Virus record (IMG/VR): IMGVR_UViG_3300014969_000016
Span: 1 to 64,000 of that record
Source: a virus
Taxonomy: Duplodnaviria; Caudoviricetes
Length of the DNA: 64,000 nt
Strand: one strand, 5' to 3'
The notes under the pieces are model-generated. The model did not search any database. It was not told where the DNA came from and saw nothing but the letters and a program-made list of their open reading frames with translations. Every line of letters starts with the position of its first letter. The first letter of the stretch is position 1. The position numbers and the translations under genes are program-made. Of the stretch, positions 1-9,062 are shown one piece after another.

Positions 1-340
1 CCGACACGAACAGCCCCAGCAGGTCGGCCGACTCACCTTCCTCGGGCTTGGTGTTGAGCAGGCTGACCACCTTCTGGCCCAGGCGCTTGACGACGTACGT
101 CTCCTGGGCGTCGGCGTAGATCTCGTCCGTCGCGTCGGCGTCATCGGTGATGACTTCGAACCAGATCTCGTTCTTGGCCAACCAGTTGACCAGGTTGGCG
201 TCCGTCTCGGTCGGGGCGCTCTTGCCCTGGACGACGAACCAGAACTGGTCGTCGCCCGCCCTTGTCCACAGATCCTTGAGCGTCTCGGTGAGTTCCTTGC
301 GGGACATCTCCCCATCACCGAGGACTACGTGCATTGCCAC
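1..340 (-). CDS. Hypothetical protein, truncated by the window edge
   Basis: Manual translation: GTG at 340 preceded by AAGGAG; reads (M)AMHVVLGDGEMSRKELTETLKDLW... and stays open to position 1. Confidence 0.7.
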   Translation of the reverse strand, partial: MAMHVVLGDGEMSRKELTETLKDLWTRAGDDQFWFVVQGKSAPTETDANLVNWLAKNEIWFEVITDDADATDEIYADAQETYVVKRLGQKVVSLLNTKPEEGESADLLGLFVS

Positions 341-353
341 AGCAGATTCTCCT

Positions 354-620
354 TCATCGTTGGTTTCCTCGTTGCGAACGCAAGGCCGCAAACCTAATCG
401 AGTCGGTGGTGACTAGCAACAGGTCTGCGATGAGCATGACGAGCATCGCAGCCGCTCCCCAGCCCAAGCCGTACCACCAGTGATCGTAATCGATGAGCGC
501 CTGACCACCGACCCCCAGGCCGAATGGAAGCAGCTTCCAGAACCATTCAGGCCCATCTAGCAGGCCTTGCGCCACACTCCAGACACCCCACACAGCCATT
601 ATCACGATGGTGTACTCCAT
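354..620 (-). CDS. Small membrane protein (possible holin)
   Basis: ATG at 620 (MEYTIVIMAVWGVW...); 2-3 hydrophobic segments and a basic C-terminus; follows the tail genes. Confidence 0.55.
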   Translation of the reverse strand: MEYTIVIMAVWGVWSVAQGLLDGPEWFWKLLPFGLGVGGQALIDYDHWWYGLGWGAAAMLVMLIADLLLVTTDSIRFAALRSQRGNQR

Positions 621-633
621 GTGCGGAGGCAGG

Positions 634-2256
634 TTAGCCGAGCAAGACCCCCGGTGAGGTGACCGTGTGGACGGCGTTGTCTGGCTGCAGGATGGGAACG
701 TAGGTGAGCACCACGTTGGCAGCCGTGTGGGTATTGGTGGCGTTGGCCGGAACCAGAGGCGTGTTGGGGACAGCAACTATGACAACAGCGCCACCAGTAT
801 GAGCGTGGGTGGCGCTCTGGACGATGAGTGCAGGCTGGATCGTGACGTGACTGGCCGAGTGAGCGTGCAGGCTGTTGCTGGCGATGATGCCCCAGGGGTT
901 GAGGATGCCCTGGAGGTCGTTGATCGGGTCCAACCGGTAACTCAACACGCCGGTCCTGGTCGGGACCGGGAGCCTCAGGTCGTTGGGATACAGCACGTCC
1001 ATGTGGGGAGTCACGACGGTGCCTGCGGGCACCCACTCGTAGCAGATCCCCTGCTTGGCCATCACCTCATCCGTGATGAGAGTCGTGTCGGAGATCTGGC
1101 GGGCGAACATCCGACCGAACACGGCCTGCTTGTGGTTGTACCAGAAGCTGTAGCTGGCACCCTGACGCACCTCGCCGCCGTACCAGGTGAAGTCCTCGCG
1201 AGCGCCGTAGTCGGTGTCACCGTCGAAGTACGGCCAGTCCTTGAGGTAGCCCTTCTCGCAGAGCACTTGGTCGATGGTGATATCACCGCCGTCGCACTCG
1301 ATACGCAGCAGCGCCTGATACGTCTGTACGGGGGTGCGGCATACAGCGATATGGACGAACGTGTTGGGGTCAAGCTGCCATGTCTCCTTGCCCCAATCCA
1401 CCGCCGCCTCTTCGAAGTCATCGTCCCACCAGACGAGGCCGACCTTGACGTTGCCGACGCCACGGGCCATGAACTGGATCGTCCAGCGCTCCTCGCGCAT
1501 GGTGGGGAACAGGTTGGACTCGGCCACCACGATGCCTCCGTACTGGAAGCGACCGGCGAAACGTCCAGCGGCGATGGGTGGGTTGGTAAGGGGCACACGG
1601 GAAGCCGTGCCGTTGGTCGTCCAGTAGCCGGTCGGCGGGCTGGCCAGTTCGAAGCTGGGGTTGGCGATCATGTTGGCCCGCTGTGGGTACAGCCAGACGT
1701 GCTGGGTGTGGGATGGTTCGAACGCTGGTGGCCCGAGCGACAGCAGCAGCGGCCCCTCGGAGATCGTGACGATGGTGCCCCCCGCCTGTGGAGCATCGGC
1801 CCAGTTGAACATCCAGCGGTTGGACACCGCCCCGAGCGTGGAGTCAGGTGACGCGGTGATGGCGTCGCCGTTCTGGACGACTCGCATCTCACCAGCGAAC
1901 GGTGTGTTGGTGACGAAGATCAGCGTGTTGTCGGGCCGCAGGAACGCTGCCGCCTTGACCTCACTGGGAGCCAGGTTGTTGAAGGGGAACGACGAGAACA
2001 CCACGTAGTTGCTCTTGCCCTCGTCACGCACACCAACCGTGATCGTGTTGGCCAACGGTGGGCCTCCGGTGGTCACCGGGATCCACCCCGGCGTGGCCAG
2101 CAGTTGCGTCACCGTTGTCATACCGATGTACCGGCTGTCGTTGTCTTCGAAGTTGGGAGCCTCTCGGAACAGCACCAGCTTGACCACCGAGCCATTGATG
2201 ATCCCCGGCGACGCCGACAGAGCGGTGATGAACGCAGTGGAGAAGAATGCTGTCAT
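634..2256 (-). CDS. Minor tail/baseplate-associated protein with carbohydrate-binding-like domain and C-terminal His repeats
   Basis: Start MTAFFS at 2256 overlaps the upstream stop (ATGA); contains NMIANPSFE and YFDGD motifs typical of phage tail proteins. Confidence 0.65.
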   Translation of the reverse strand: MTAFFSTAFITALSASPGIINGSVVKLVLFREAPNFEDNDSRYIGMTTVTQLLATPGWIPVTTGGPPLANTITVGVRDEGKSNYVVFSSFPFNNLAPSEVKAAAFLRPDNTLIFVTNTPFAGEMRVVQNGDAITASPDSTLGAVSNRWMFNWADAPQAGGTIVTISEGPLLLSLGPPAFEPSHTQHVWLYPQRANMIANPSFELASPPTGYWTTNGTASRVPLTNPPIAAGRFAGRFQYGGIVVAESNLFPTMREERWTIQFMARGVGNVKVGLVWWDDDFEEAAVDWGKETWQLDPNTFVHIAVCRTPVQTYQALLRIECDGGDITIDQVLCEKGYLKDWPYFDGDTDYGAREDFTWYGGEVRQGASYSFWYNHKQAVFGRMFARQISDTTLITDEVMAKQGICYEWVPAGTVVTPHMDVLYPNDLRLPVPTRTGVLSYRLDPINDLQGILNPWGIIASNSLHAHSASHVTIQPALIVQSATHAHTGGAVVIVAVPNTPLVPANATNTHTAANVVLTYVPILQPDNAVHTVTSPGVLLG

Positions 2257-4601
2257 GGCTGCACCTGTTGTGGGCCTGCGGAGGGCGGTGTGCCCAGAAC
2301 GTAACCCTTGAAGGGCACGGACGGATCGTCGGACCCGAGCAGTTCCCCGGCATCGCCAACGGTGAGGTACTGGTCGGGCGGCGTCACGGCGACGGCCTTG
2401 CCCGCACGGTCCAGCACGTAGGTCGATGCCCCGGAGATGTCGATCCACTTCGACACGGCCCCACCACCTGACGGTCGGCCGGTGAAGAAGATGACCGGCG
2501 TCATGTACACCGCCCCAGTCGGTGCGGTTCCCTGGACAACGACGCTGTACCAACCAGAGCCGACAGCGGCGACCGGGCTGATGCCGGTGGCCTTGGAAAG
2601 GTAGTCGGTGGCCTGACCACCAGCGCCGTACCACAGCAGGTAGCAGTTGACCGCCGCCGCTGGTGTCTCCTGGGCGACCTGCACAGTGAAACCGTAGGAG
2701 GTGCCAGGCTCCACCGGGATACCCGAGTACAGCGGTATCACAGCATCCTGCAGGGTCCATGTCCCTCCAGCGTTGACCGTGTAGTGCGGCCCGTTGCCAC
2801 AGACCAGCGCCAGGTTCGTCGTCTCGGTGGCCTTCGGGGTGACCACTCTCATCGTGCCCCGTCCGATATTGGCTCCCGTGTAGCTGCCGCCGTAGGACAG
2901 AGCCGCCGTTGTGGTGTTGAGGTCAGAGTCCAACAGGTCGGTCGCATCCGCCAGGTAGCCCCACGACCCGGTGCCGGTGTAGAAGTCGGAGTCGTCGGGC
3001 AGGAGCATGATGTTGGTGCCCATGGAGATGTCGCACAGCCACTTCGTCCCGGCTTCGATCACGTGCTGGAGAGCAGGAATCGTCCCCCTCTGCTGTAACA
3101 ACAGTGGGAGGGCGGCGAGGATCCCTCGGTACCGGACATCACCACTGCCCGTCCGGTAGGGGACACCGAAGTTCTGGCCCACTCCCTTGAGCAGAGCCAT
3201 CGGAGACTTGTCCACGTGGTACGTCTGCTGCCACTGCTCCACGTACTCGCGGGTCAGGTCAAGTTCCGAGCCGAAGATGTCGAACAGCTTGCGCAGTGGG
3301 CCGGTTCCCTCCTTGATGTTGGAGTCGGTGTACCGGTAGAAGGGCGGGATGGTGTTCCACAAGTGCTCGTTGTGGCCGTAGTTGCGAGGGATCAGCACCT
3401 GGCCGGTCATACCCACGATCCAGTCGAGCTTCGTCGTGCGGAAGAAGAGTGTGTAGTAGTAGAACTGCCCCGGCTGCAGGGGCTTGTCGTACACGACCGG
3501 TGGAGGCACGTTGATCGTGGCCGGGATGATCTCGGTCATCGCCGTGTCGGTGGCGATGGTCCACGTCCTGGCCCGAGGGTCGATCCACGTGGTGCCGGTG
3601 CCGGGGTAATCCTCGGAGTCGTAGCGCCACTGCACCTGGAGGCCCACCGGCTGCGACAGGTCACGGAACTCCACCCAGGCGATGTTGCCCTCCCACTGGG
3701 TGCTGCCCACACCATCTGAACGTGCGCCGATGGACAGGCGTGAGGTGGTGGCGTTGAAGGTGTCGGCTATCGGCGCACCGGCCACCGTGATTCGGGTGCC
3801 CTCGGTCCAGGTGGTGCCGTCGTCCACTGAGGTGATCGCCACGACGTAGGGAGAAGCGTCGTCCTTGGTGAAGCGCACACCGATACAGACCAGGTCACCG
3901 CTCGTCTTGGGCAGGGCGTCCAGTTCCGCCTTGGTGGCGAGGATCGCTGGTGTGGCCCAGCCGTCAGCGGCGCCGTCGAGCGACCACTGGATCTTCAACG
4001 AGCCGTCGATGTCCAGGTACACGACCCACGAACGACCACCAGCCACGGGCTGCCACACCGCCGCCAGGTACTGCACGTGCGAGGCGGCGAGGATGCTGAC
4101 GCAGCCCGAGATCTCCGTGTTGTTGATGATGCGCTGGATCGGGGTGGACCAGGCATACCCCAGTTTGGGGGAGATGACAGCGGGAGTCTCCGGCGTCGAG
4201 AAGTCGGGACGCCCAGCCCGGAACACCGTCTGGCCGTCGTTGACCGTGGCCGGGTAGCCGAAGCCAGACCGAACCAGCGCGACCTCGGCCCACTCTTCTT
4301 TGACGGTGATCGGCCAGCCCCAGGCGATCTCTGCGATCCCGATGGCTGTGGTCTGACGGGTGCCGTCCGGTAGCTCGTAGGAGACTTCACTGTGACCGGC
4401 CCAGCGAGTGGTGAGGTACGCCTTGTTGGTGGCCTCATCGAAGGACTCGGTGGTGGTCGGGTAGCGCAACGCTGTCTGTTGCAGCGTCTGCACCGTCGAT
4501 CCACGGACGTAGTCGCCGCCAGCAATGATGCCGTAGGCCTGGCGCTGGGTCTGGAAGGCAGGATCGTCGGTGCCGTCTGGCCACCATGGGTCGTCACTCA
4601 C
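2253..4601 (-). CDS. Baseplate wedge / phage tail protein (P2 gpI-like) with inserted lectin-like domain
   Basis: LWNTIPPFY...LRKLFDIFG...LLKGVGQNFG...RGTIPALQ pattern; directly after baseplate J. Confidence 0.7.
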   Translation of the reverse strand: MSDDPWWPDGTDDPAFQTQRQAYGIIAGGDYVRGSTVQTLQQTALRYPTTTESFDEATNKAYLTTRWAGHSEVSYELPDGTRQTTAIGIAEIAWGWPITVKEEWAEVALVRSGFGYPATVNDGQTVFRAGRPDFSTPETPAVISPKLGYAWSTPIQRIINNTEISGCVSILAASHVQYLAAVWQPVAGGRSWVVYLDIDGSLKIQWSLDGAADGWATPAILATKAELDALPKTSGDLVCIGVRFTKDDASPYVVAITSVDDGTTWTEGTRITVAGAPIADTFNATTSRLSIGARSDGVGSTQWEGNIAWVEFRDLSQPVGLQVQWRYDSEDYPGTGTTWIDPRARTWTIATDTAMTEIIPATINVPPPVVYDKPLQPGQFYYYTLFFRTTKLDWIVGMTGQVLIPRNYGHNEHLWNTIPPFYRYTDSNIKEGTGPLRKLFDIFGSELDLTREYVEQWQQTYHVDKSPMALLKGVGQNFGVPYRTGSGDVRYRGILAALPLLLQQRGTIPALQHVIEAGTKWLCDISMGTNIMLLPDDSDFYTGTGSWGYLADATDLLDSDLNTTTAALSYGGSYTGANIGRGTMRVVTPKATETTNLALVCGNGPHYTVNAGGTWTLQDAVIPLYSGIPVEPGTSYGFTVQVAQETPAAAVNCYLLWYGAGGQATDYLSKATGISPVAAVGSGWYSVVVQGTAPTGAVYMTPVIFFTGRPSGGGAVSKWIDISGASTYVLDRAGKAVAVTPPDQYLTVGDAGELLGSDDPSVPFKGYVLGTPPSAGPQQVQP

Positions 4602-4851
4602 CGGTCACCTCCTTCATGATGTCGTCGGTCGGCACCAGGGCGAGCACCCCGGCGACGGCGGCGGCGACACCCGACACGGCCGAGAAGACCAACGCCAGCA
4701 TCGACACGTGCGACACGAACTCCACCTTGTCCAGCCACTCCAGCTTGATCGCCAAGATCCAGATGACGAGGGAGGCGACCAGCATCACGCCGTTGACGAC
4801 GATGCTGGTGATGGCGATGGGCAGAGCGAGCCGCCTGATCAACGGGATCAT
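4594..4851 (-). CDS. Small two-TM membrane protein
   Basis: ATG at 4851 overlaps the baseplate J stop (ATGA); two long hydrophobic stretches. Confidence 0.6.
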   Translation of the reverse strand: MIPLIRRLALPIAITSIVVNGVMLVASLVIWILAIKLEWLDKVEFVSHVSMLALVFSAVSGVAAAVAGVLALVPTDDIMKEVTGE

Positions 4852-7151
4852 GTTCCGGGGACACCACCCGTCGCCCACACCCACAACCCATCGTGGGTGC
4901 GCTTCTCTTCGGTCCAGTCGGTCGGGTAGTTGACCTCTTCCTCTACGACCTCGGTCGGTTCGATGCGTGGGATCAGCAACGGTGGGGTGTCGATGTCGAT
5001 CACCTCTCCCGTTGAGATATCAGTGGCCGGGTGGATGATGGAGATGGTCACCCGGTTGTCGTTGCCCGGAGTCGTGGTGCTTGGCGTAATCGTGGGCGTG
5101 GTGCCGGTGAGCAGTGCAGTATTGACCGTTACCTGGCTTACGTTGCCGTAACCGGTGTATGTCAACGTCTGCGCAGCCGTAGCAATGGTCGCTGTACCGG
5201 TTACTACGACCACACCTCCTGGGATGACAGCGTTGATCGCCGTCTGGATGGCGGCTGCTGCAGCGTTGTAGGCGATGGTGCCGGTGGTCAGGTTAGTACC
5301 GGCGACGTTAAGAGTCAGCGTGAAGGTGCCGCCCGAGATCGTGCCACCGGGGGTGAGCACCTGAACTTCGTTGACGATGGTCGTCCACTTGGGTGAAGAA
5401 GTCTTGACGACGCTGTACTGCCACCAGGTGGTGTTGTTGGTAGGCGCAGCAGTGATCACCAGCACCATCTGTGAGGCGGGATCGGCAACCTGACGGAGCA
5501 CGATGGTGTCACCGATCACCACCGTTGACAGGGCGACAGTCTTATTCTCCAGGTCAGCGTCAGTGGCCGAGATGGCCATCGTCGTCGGAGCGGTGGCGTT
5601 GTTGAAGCGGAACCGACGTACGGCCGGGTCGGCCATGGTCAACGTGGGATCAAGCATCCATGTCTCGGTGAGGACATAGTTGGTGACACCCGAGCCGGTG
5701 ACGGGAGCGAAGCCGTCCGGTGGCTCATCGGTGGAAAGCCAACGAACCTCGGCCCACTCGACACCCTGGATCGCCAGCGCCGCCCGGTAGATCCGCCCGA
5801 TGGACACCCGCCACCCGAAGTCCACCCGGTCGAAGGCGAGCACCTGGCGGATGACGGACTCGACCTGTAGGCGCACCGTCGTCTGGTTGTAGCCATCGAC
5901 CACGTGGACCTGCACCCGGATGAAGATGTCCAGCCACAGCGCAGCGACATCGGTCGGCTCTGCGTAGACCGTCGAGCCGACGATGATCTTGTCCTTCATG
6001 TAGTCCTCGACGGTGGCACACAGCTTGCCCATGTACCCGGCGTCGCCCTGACCACCAGTCGGCGCGATGGTCACATGCACCGCCGTGTAGATCGTCCCGT
6101 GGGCAACCGACTTGGCGACGCCCGCTACTTGCATCGCCAAGTCGGCGTAGTCGTTGAGAGTAATCGCACGGCTCTTGATCCGTGAGGCTGCACGGGGGAT
6201 GGAGAAGCGCATGGCGTCGATGCCCTCGGGGTCGGTCCCCCCTACTGGTGAGGCCGGGTTGCGCACCGAGACACCCCACAGATCGATGTTGGGTGCCGTC
6301 GCCGCCGAGATGGTGTTGAGCTTCCCAGCCGGGACGCTGTTGGCTGCGGCACCCCTACCGAAGCGGTAGGACACGTACATCGTCGCTCCGACTGGCGGAA
6401 TGCGGCCAGCAGAGTTGTCCCCGAACACGACGTGGGTGGTGTCGTTGTCATCCATGAAGGTGGTGAACACGGCCTGCGTGGGACGAGCCAGTGATAGGTC
6501 GGTTACGAAGGTCCACGGCAGCGTCTGGCCTGCTTCGTCCGAGCGGATGCTCACCGTGTTGAAGACCACACCCTTGTCCCGGATGAGGAACTCGGCGTTG
6601 GGGATGCCCAAGCTGACGCCCAGCACGATGTCGGTGACCAAGACGCCCTCGGTGGCCGTGATCGGGATGTCCTTGTCACCGGGGTTGAGGGTCAGCGCCT
6701 GGTCAGTTTCGAAGATGACGATGTTCGAAGAGTTGTCCGTCTCGTTGTACACCCGCACGTACTGCGGCAGGGCGACCGACTTCTCGGCGTTGGAGTCGAG
6801 CGAGAACATCAGCAGCACGCTGGCGGCTGACTGTCCGATAGGCCGGTATCCCAACATGTCAGCGATGTAGAGGATCGACTGCCTGCGCACGGCCGTGCCC
6901 AGGAACGCCTCGCTGGCGGTGCGGTCGATGTAGAAGTGCATCACGTCGCCCATGTAGGCGAACAACTCCAGCAGCAGGGTGCCGAAGTCGGAGGCCTCCC
7001 CGGCCGTCTCCCACTCGGGCATCAGCCCCTTGGCCAGGCCGATCAGTTGCGCACGGATGGCGGTGAAGTCGCGGCTGGTGTAGTCGAGCACCACCCTGGA
7101 ACGGAAGGCGTCCTCGTTGTCGAGGGAGACGAGGATCCCGGTGTCGCTCAT
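4848..7151 (-). CDS. Baseplate J/gp47-like wedge protein
   Basis: DYTSRDF...SDFGTLLLELFAYMGD...EAFLGTA; FGDNSAGRIP; GGTDPE...RAITLNDY. Confidence 0.9.
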   Translation of the reverse strand: MSDTGILVSLDNEDAFRSRVVLDYTSRDFTAIRAQLIGLAKGLMPEWETAGEASDFGTLLLELFAYMGDVMHFYIDRTASEAFLGTAVRRQSILYIADMLGYRPIGQSAASVLLMFSLDSNAEKSVALPQYVRVYNETDNSSNIVIFETDQALTLNPGDKDIPITATEGVLVTDIVLGVSLGIPNAEFLIRDKGVVFNTVSIRSDEAGQTLPWTFVTDLSLARPTQAVFTTFMDDNDTTHVVFGDNSAGRIPPVGATMYVSYRFGRGAAANSVPAGKLNTISAATAPNIDLWGVSVRNPASPVGGTDPEGIDAMRFSIPRAASRIKSRAITLNDYADLAMQVAGVAKSVAHGTIYTAVHVTIAPTGGQGDAGYMGKLCATVEDYMKDKIIVGSTVYAEPTDVAALWLDIFIRVQVHVVDGYNQTTVRLQVESVIRQVLAFDRVDFGWRVSIGRIYRAALAIQGVEWAEVRWLSTDEPPDGFAPVTGSGVTNYVLTETWMLDPTLTMADPAVRRFRFNNATAPTTMAISATDADLENKTVALSTVVIGDTIVLRQVADPASQMVLVITAAPTNNTTWWQYSVVKTSSPKWTTIVNEVQVLTPGGTISGGTFTLTLNVAGTNLTTGTIAYNAAAAAIQTAINAVIPGGVVVVTGTATIATAAQTLTYTGYGNVSQVTVNTALLTGTTPTITPSTTTPGNDNRVTISIIHPATDISTGEVIDIDTPPLLIPRIEPTEVVEEEVNYPTDWTEEKRTHDGLWVWATGGVPGT

Positions 7152-7561
7152 ACTGTGTCTACTCCTTGAATCCCACGATTGATCTGCCGACGCAGGAACT
7201 CGGACGAGATCGGCACTGAGAGATTGACATCGGTTCCGTACAGGGAAGGTCGGTATGTTATGTCAACAACGACGAGGCCAGGATCGCCTTCACGGATGTT
7301 TATCGACCGCACGATGGCCCGCAGGACCAGTTGCTCCAGAGCCTGCCTGATCCGAGCGGCGGCGTCCTTCATCACCAACTCGTCGGACGGATCGAACAGT
7401 GCCGCCTGGATGTCGCAGCCGTAGCGAGGGCGCATCACCCGCTCGCCCTGGTTGGTCATCAAGGCATCGATGACCTGACCACGGACGAGGTCTTCGTACG
7501 ACCGGTTCTCTTCGATCTTGCCGTTCAGGGAGAGGTTGAAGGGGTAACGAAGCGCTCTCAC
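7148..7561 (-). CDS. Baseplate wedge gp25/GPW-like protein
   Basis: LMTNQGERVMRPRYGC motif; GTG start overlaps the upstream stop. Confidence 0.85.
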   Translation of the reverse strand: MRALRYPFNLSLNGKIEENRSYEDLVRGQVIDALMTNQGERVMRPRYGCDIQAALFDPSDELVMKDAAARIRQALEQLVLRAIVRSINIREGDPGLVVVDITYRPSLYGTDVNLSVPISSEFLRRQINRGIQGVDTV

Positions 7562-8736
7562 ACCACGCTCCGCAACCGGGAGTCGTTCCACGACGAGATC
7601 CATTGACCATCTTGGAGCGAGAGAGTTGGGTAGGGCGATCCTTGGGCCTGCCAGAAGGACTTGTACGTGTTCCGGCTGATCTCGGTATCGGATCCAGGAC
7701 GGACGAGACGCAGGTTGGTCTGGTACTGCGACGAGTCCATCTTGTGCTGCACCACCTGCACCACCCAGCGCCCGTCGTACTTGGTGCGCAGCGAGGTTGC
7801 GTTAGTGGTGACGACATCGACGCACATCCCCGGATAGATGTCGGCGTCACCCCATATCCGTGCGTCGGCCCGCTGCTTCCAGTCGGACAGGCGTGACTTG
7901 GCCGACTCGGTGTAGATCCGGGCCTCCTCGGCGTCTCGGATCACAGCGGTGGTGATGAACTTGTACTCCTTGAACTGACCGATCTCCTTGGCCACCTGCA
8001 CGTCACCGTTGTCGGTGAAGTAGGCAACCTGGCCACCCATCGACTGGGGCACCTCGTCGGACTTCTCGGAGGGTGTGAACTCGATGAGGTGGCGGTCGTC
8101 ATTGAGCAAGGTGTCCTCGCTCTTGTCCTTCGAAACGAGCCGGGTGTACGCCCCCTGCTCTCGCATCAGGACAGCCGGGTCGTAACACAACAGCACACCC
8201 TGGCGGTTGAACAGGGACCAGCCGATGCGCTTGACAACCTTGACGGCCTGCTCCCAGTTCGTCTCCTCGGTCTGCGCGATGGACTCCCATAGGTGGGTAT
8301 CAGGGTGACTGTAGAAACCAAGGCCGCCGTAGGCCGCCAGCACCTCCACCACGGACGGGATCGTCCGCTTGAGCCAGAACCGTGGGCTGCCCTTCTGCAT
8401 CGGCTGGGTCGCCCCCAGGATCTGCAGCGAGAAGGTGAGGTTGCCCTTGCCCGACTGGTCGATGGTGACGCCGACGATGTAGCCGCAGAACAGTTCCGTC
8501 CGTGGCGCCTGGCCGAAGTAGAAGCTGATCGCTGAGTCGAGCATCCCCTCGGTGTCGGTGAGCGTTGACGACGAGCACGACAGCAGCGCCATGTCGTGGG
8601 CATGGTCGCCCATGACTACGGTCGCTTCCTTGACGGTGATTTCGAACTCGGATCCGTTGAGCCGGGGGTGGAAGATCGGCACCCGGCCGCGGGTGGATCG
8701 ATACGTCGGTTTGGAACTGACATCGGTCATGCTCAT
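7558..8736 (-). CDS. Baseplate hub (late control D / gp27-like)
   Basis: Position; QTEETNWE and GDADIYPG...YDGRWVVQVVQH motifs. Confidence 0.7.
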   Translation of the reverse strand: MSMTDVSSKPTYRSTRGRVPIFHPRLNGSEFEITVKEATVVMGDHAHDMALLSCSSSTLTDTEGMLDSAISFYFGQAPRTELFCGYIVGVTIDQSGKGNLTFSLQILGATQPMQKGSPRFWLKRTIPSVVEVLAAYGGLGFYSHPDTHLWESIAQTEETNWEQAVKVVKRIGWSLFNRQGVLLCYDPAVLMREQGAYTRLVSKDKSEDTLLNDDRHLIEFTPSEKSDEVPQSMGGQVAYFTDNGDVQVAKEIGQFKEYKFITTAVIRDAEEARIYTESAKSRLSDWKQRADARIWGDADIYPGMCVDVVTTNATSLRTKYDGRWVVQVVQHKMDSSQYQTNLRLVRPGSDTEISRNTYKSFWQAQGSPYPTLSLQDGQWISSWNDSRLRSVV

Positions 8737-9062
8737 GACGGGATCCTCAGGTAGTCACCCATCATCAGGTCAAGCGGGTACCAGATCTTGGGGTTGACTT
8801 CAGCGACTTCCCACCACCGTGTTGAGTCATCAAGGAATTTGTAGGCGAGGAAGGGGAAGTGCTCCTCGGCCTTGGCGTAGTACTCAGCCTGAGGTGGTGA
8901 TGGCAACAAGATGTTGAGGAGATACGTAGCGTCGGCCGACGACTGCACGAAGCGCAGGTTGCCCTCCACATCCTCCAGGATGGGATGGCCGTACTGGTCG
9001 TAGAAGTGCTTCAACACCGAGTGAGTCTCGGCCTCTTCGTAGCGGGAACCCTTGGGGATCAT
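8733..9062 (-). CDS. Tail protein X / LysM-like baseplate protein
   Basis: LAYKFLDDSTRWWEVAEVNP...GDYLRIP. Confidence 0.75.
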   Translation of the reverse strand: MIPKGSRYEEAETHSVLKHFYDQYGHPILEDVEGNLRFVQSSADATYLLNILLPSPPQAEYYAKAEEHFPFLAYKFLDDSTRWWEVAEVNPKIWYPLDLMMGDYLRIPS

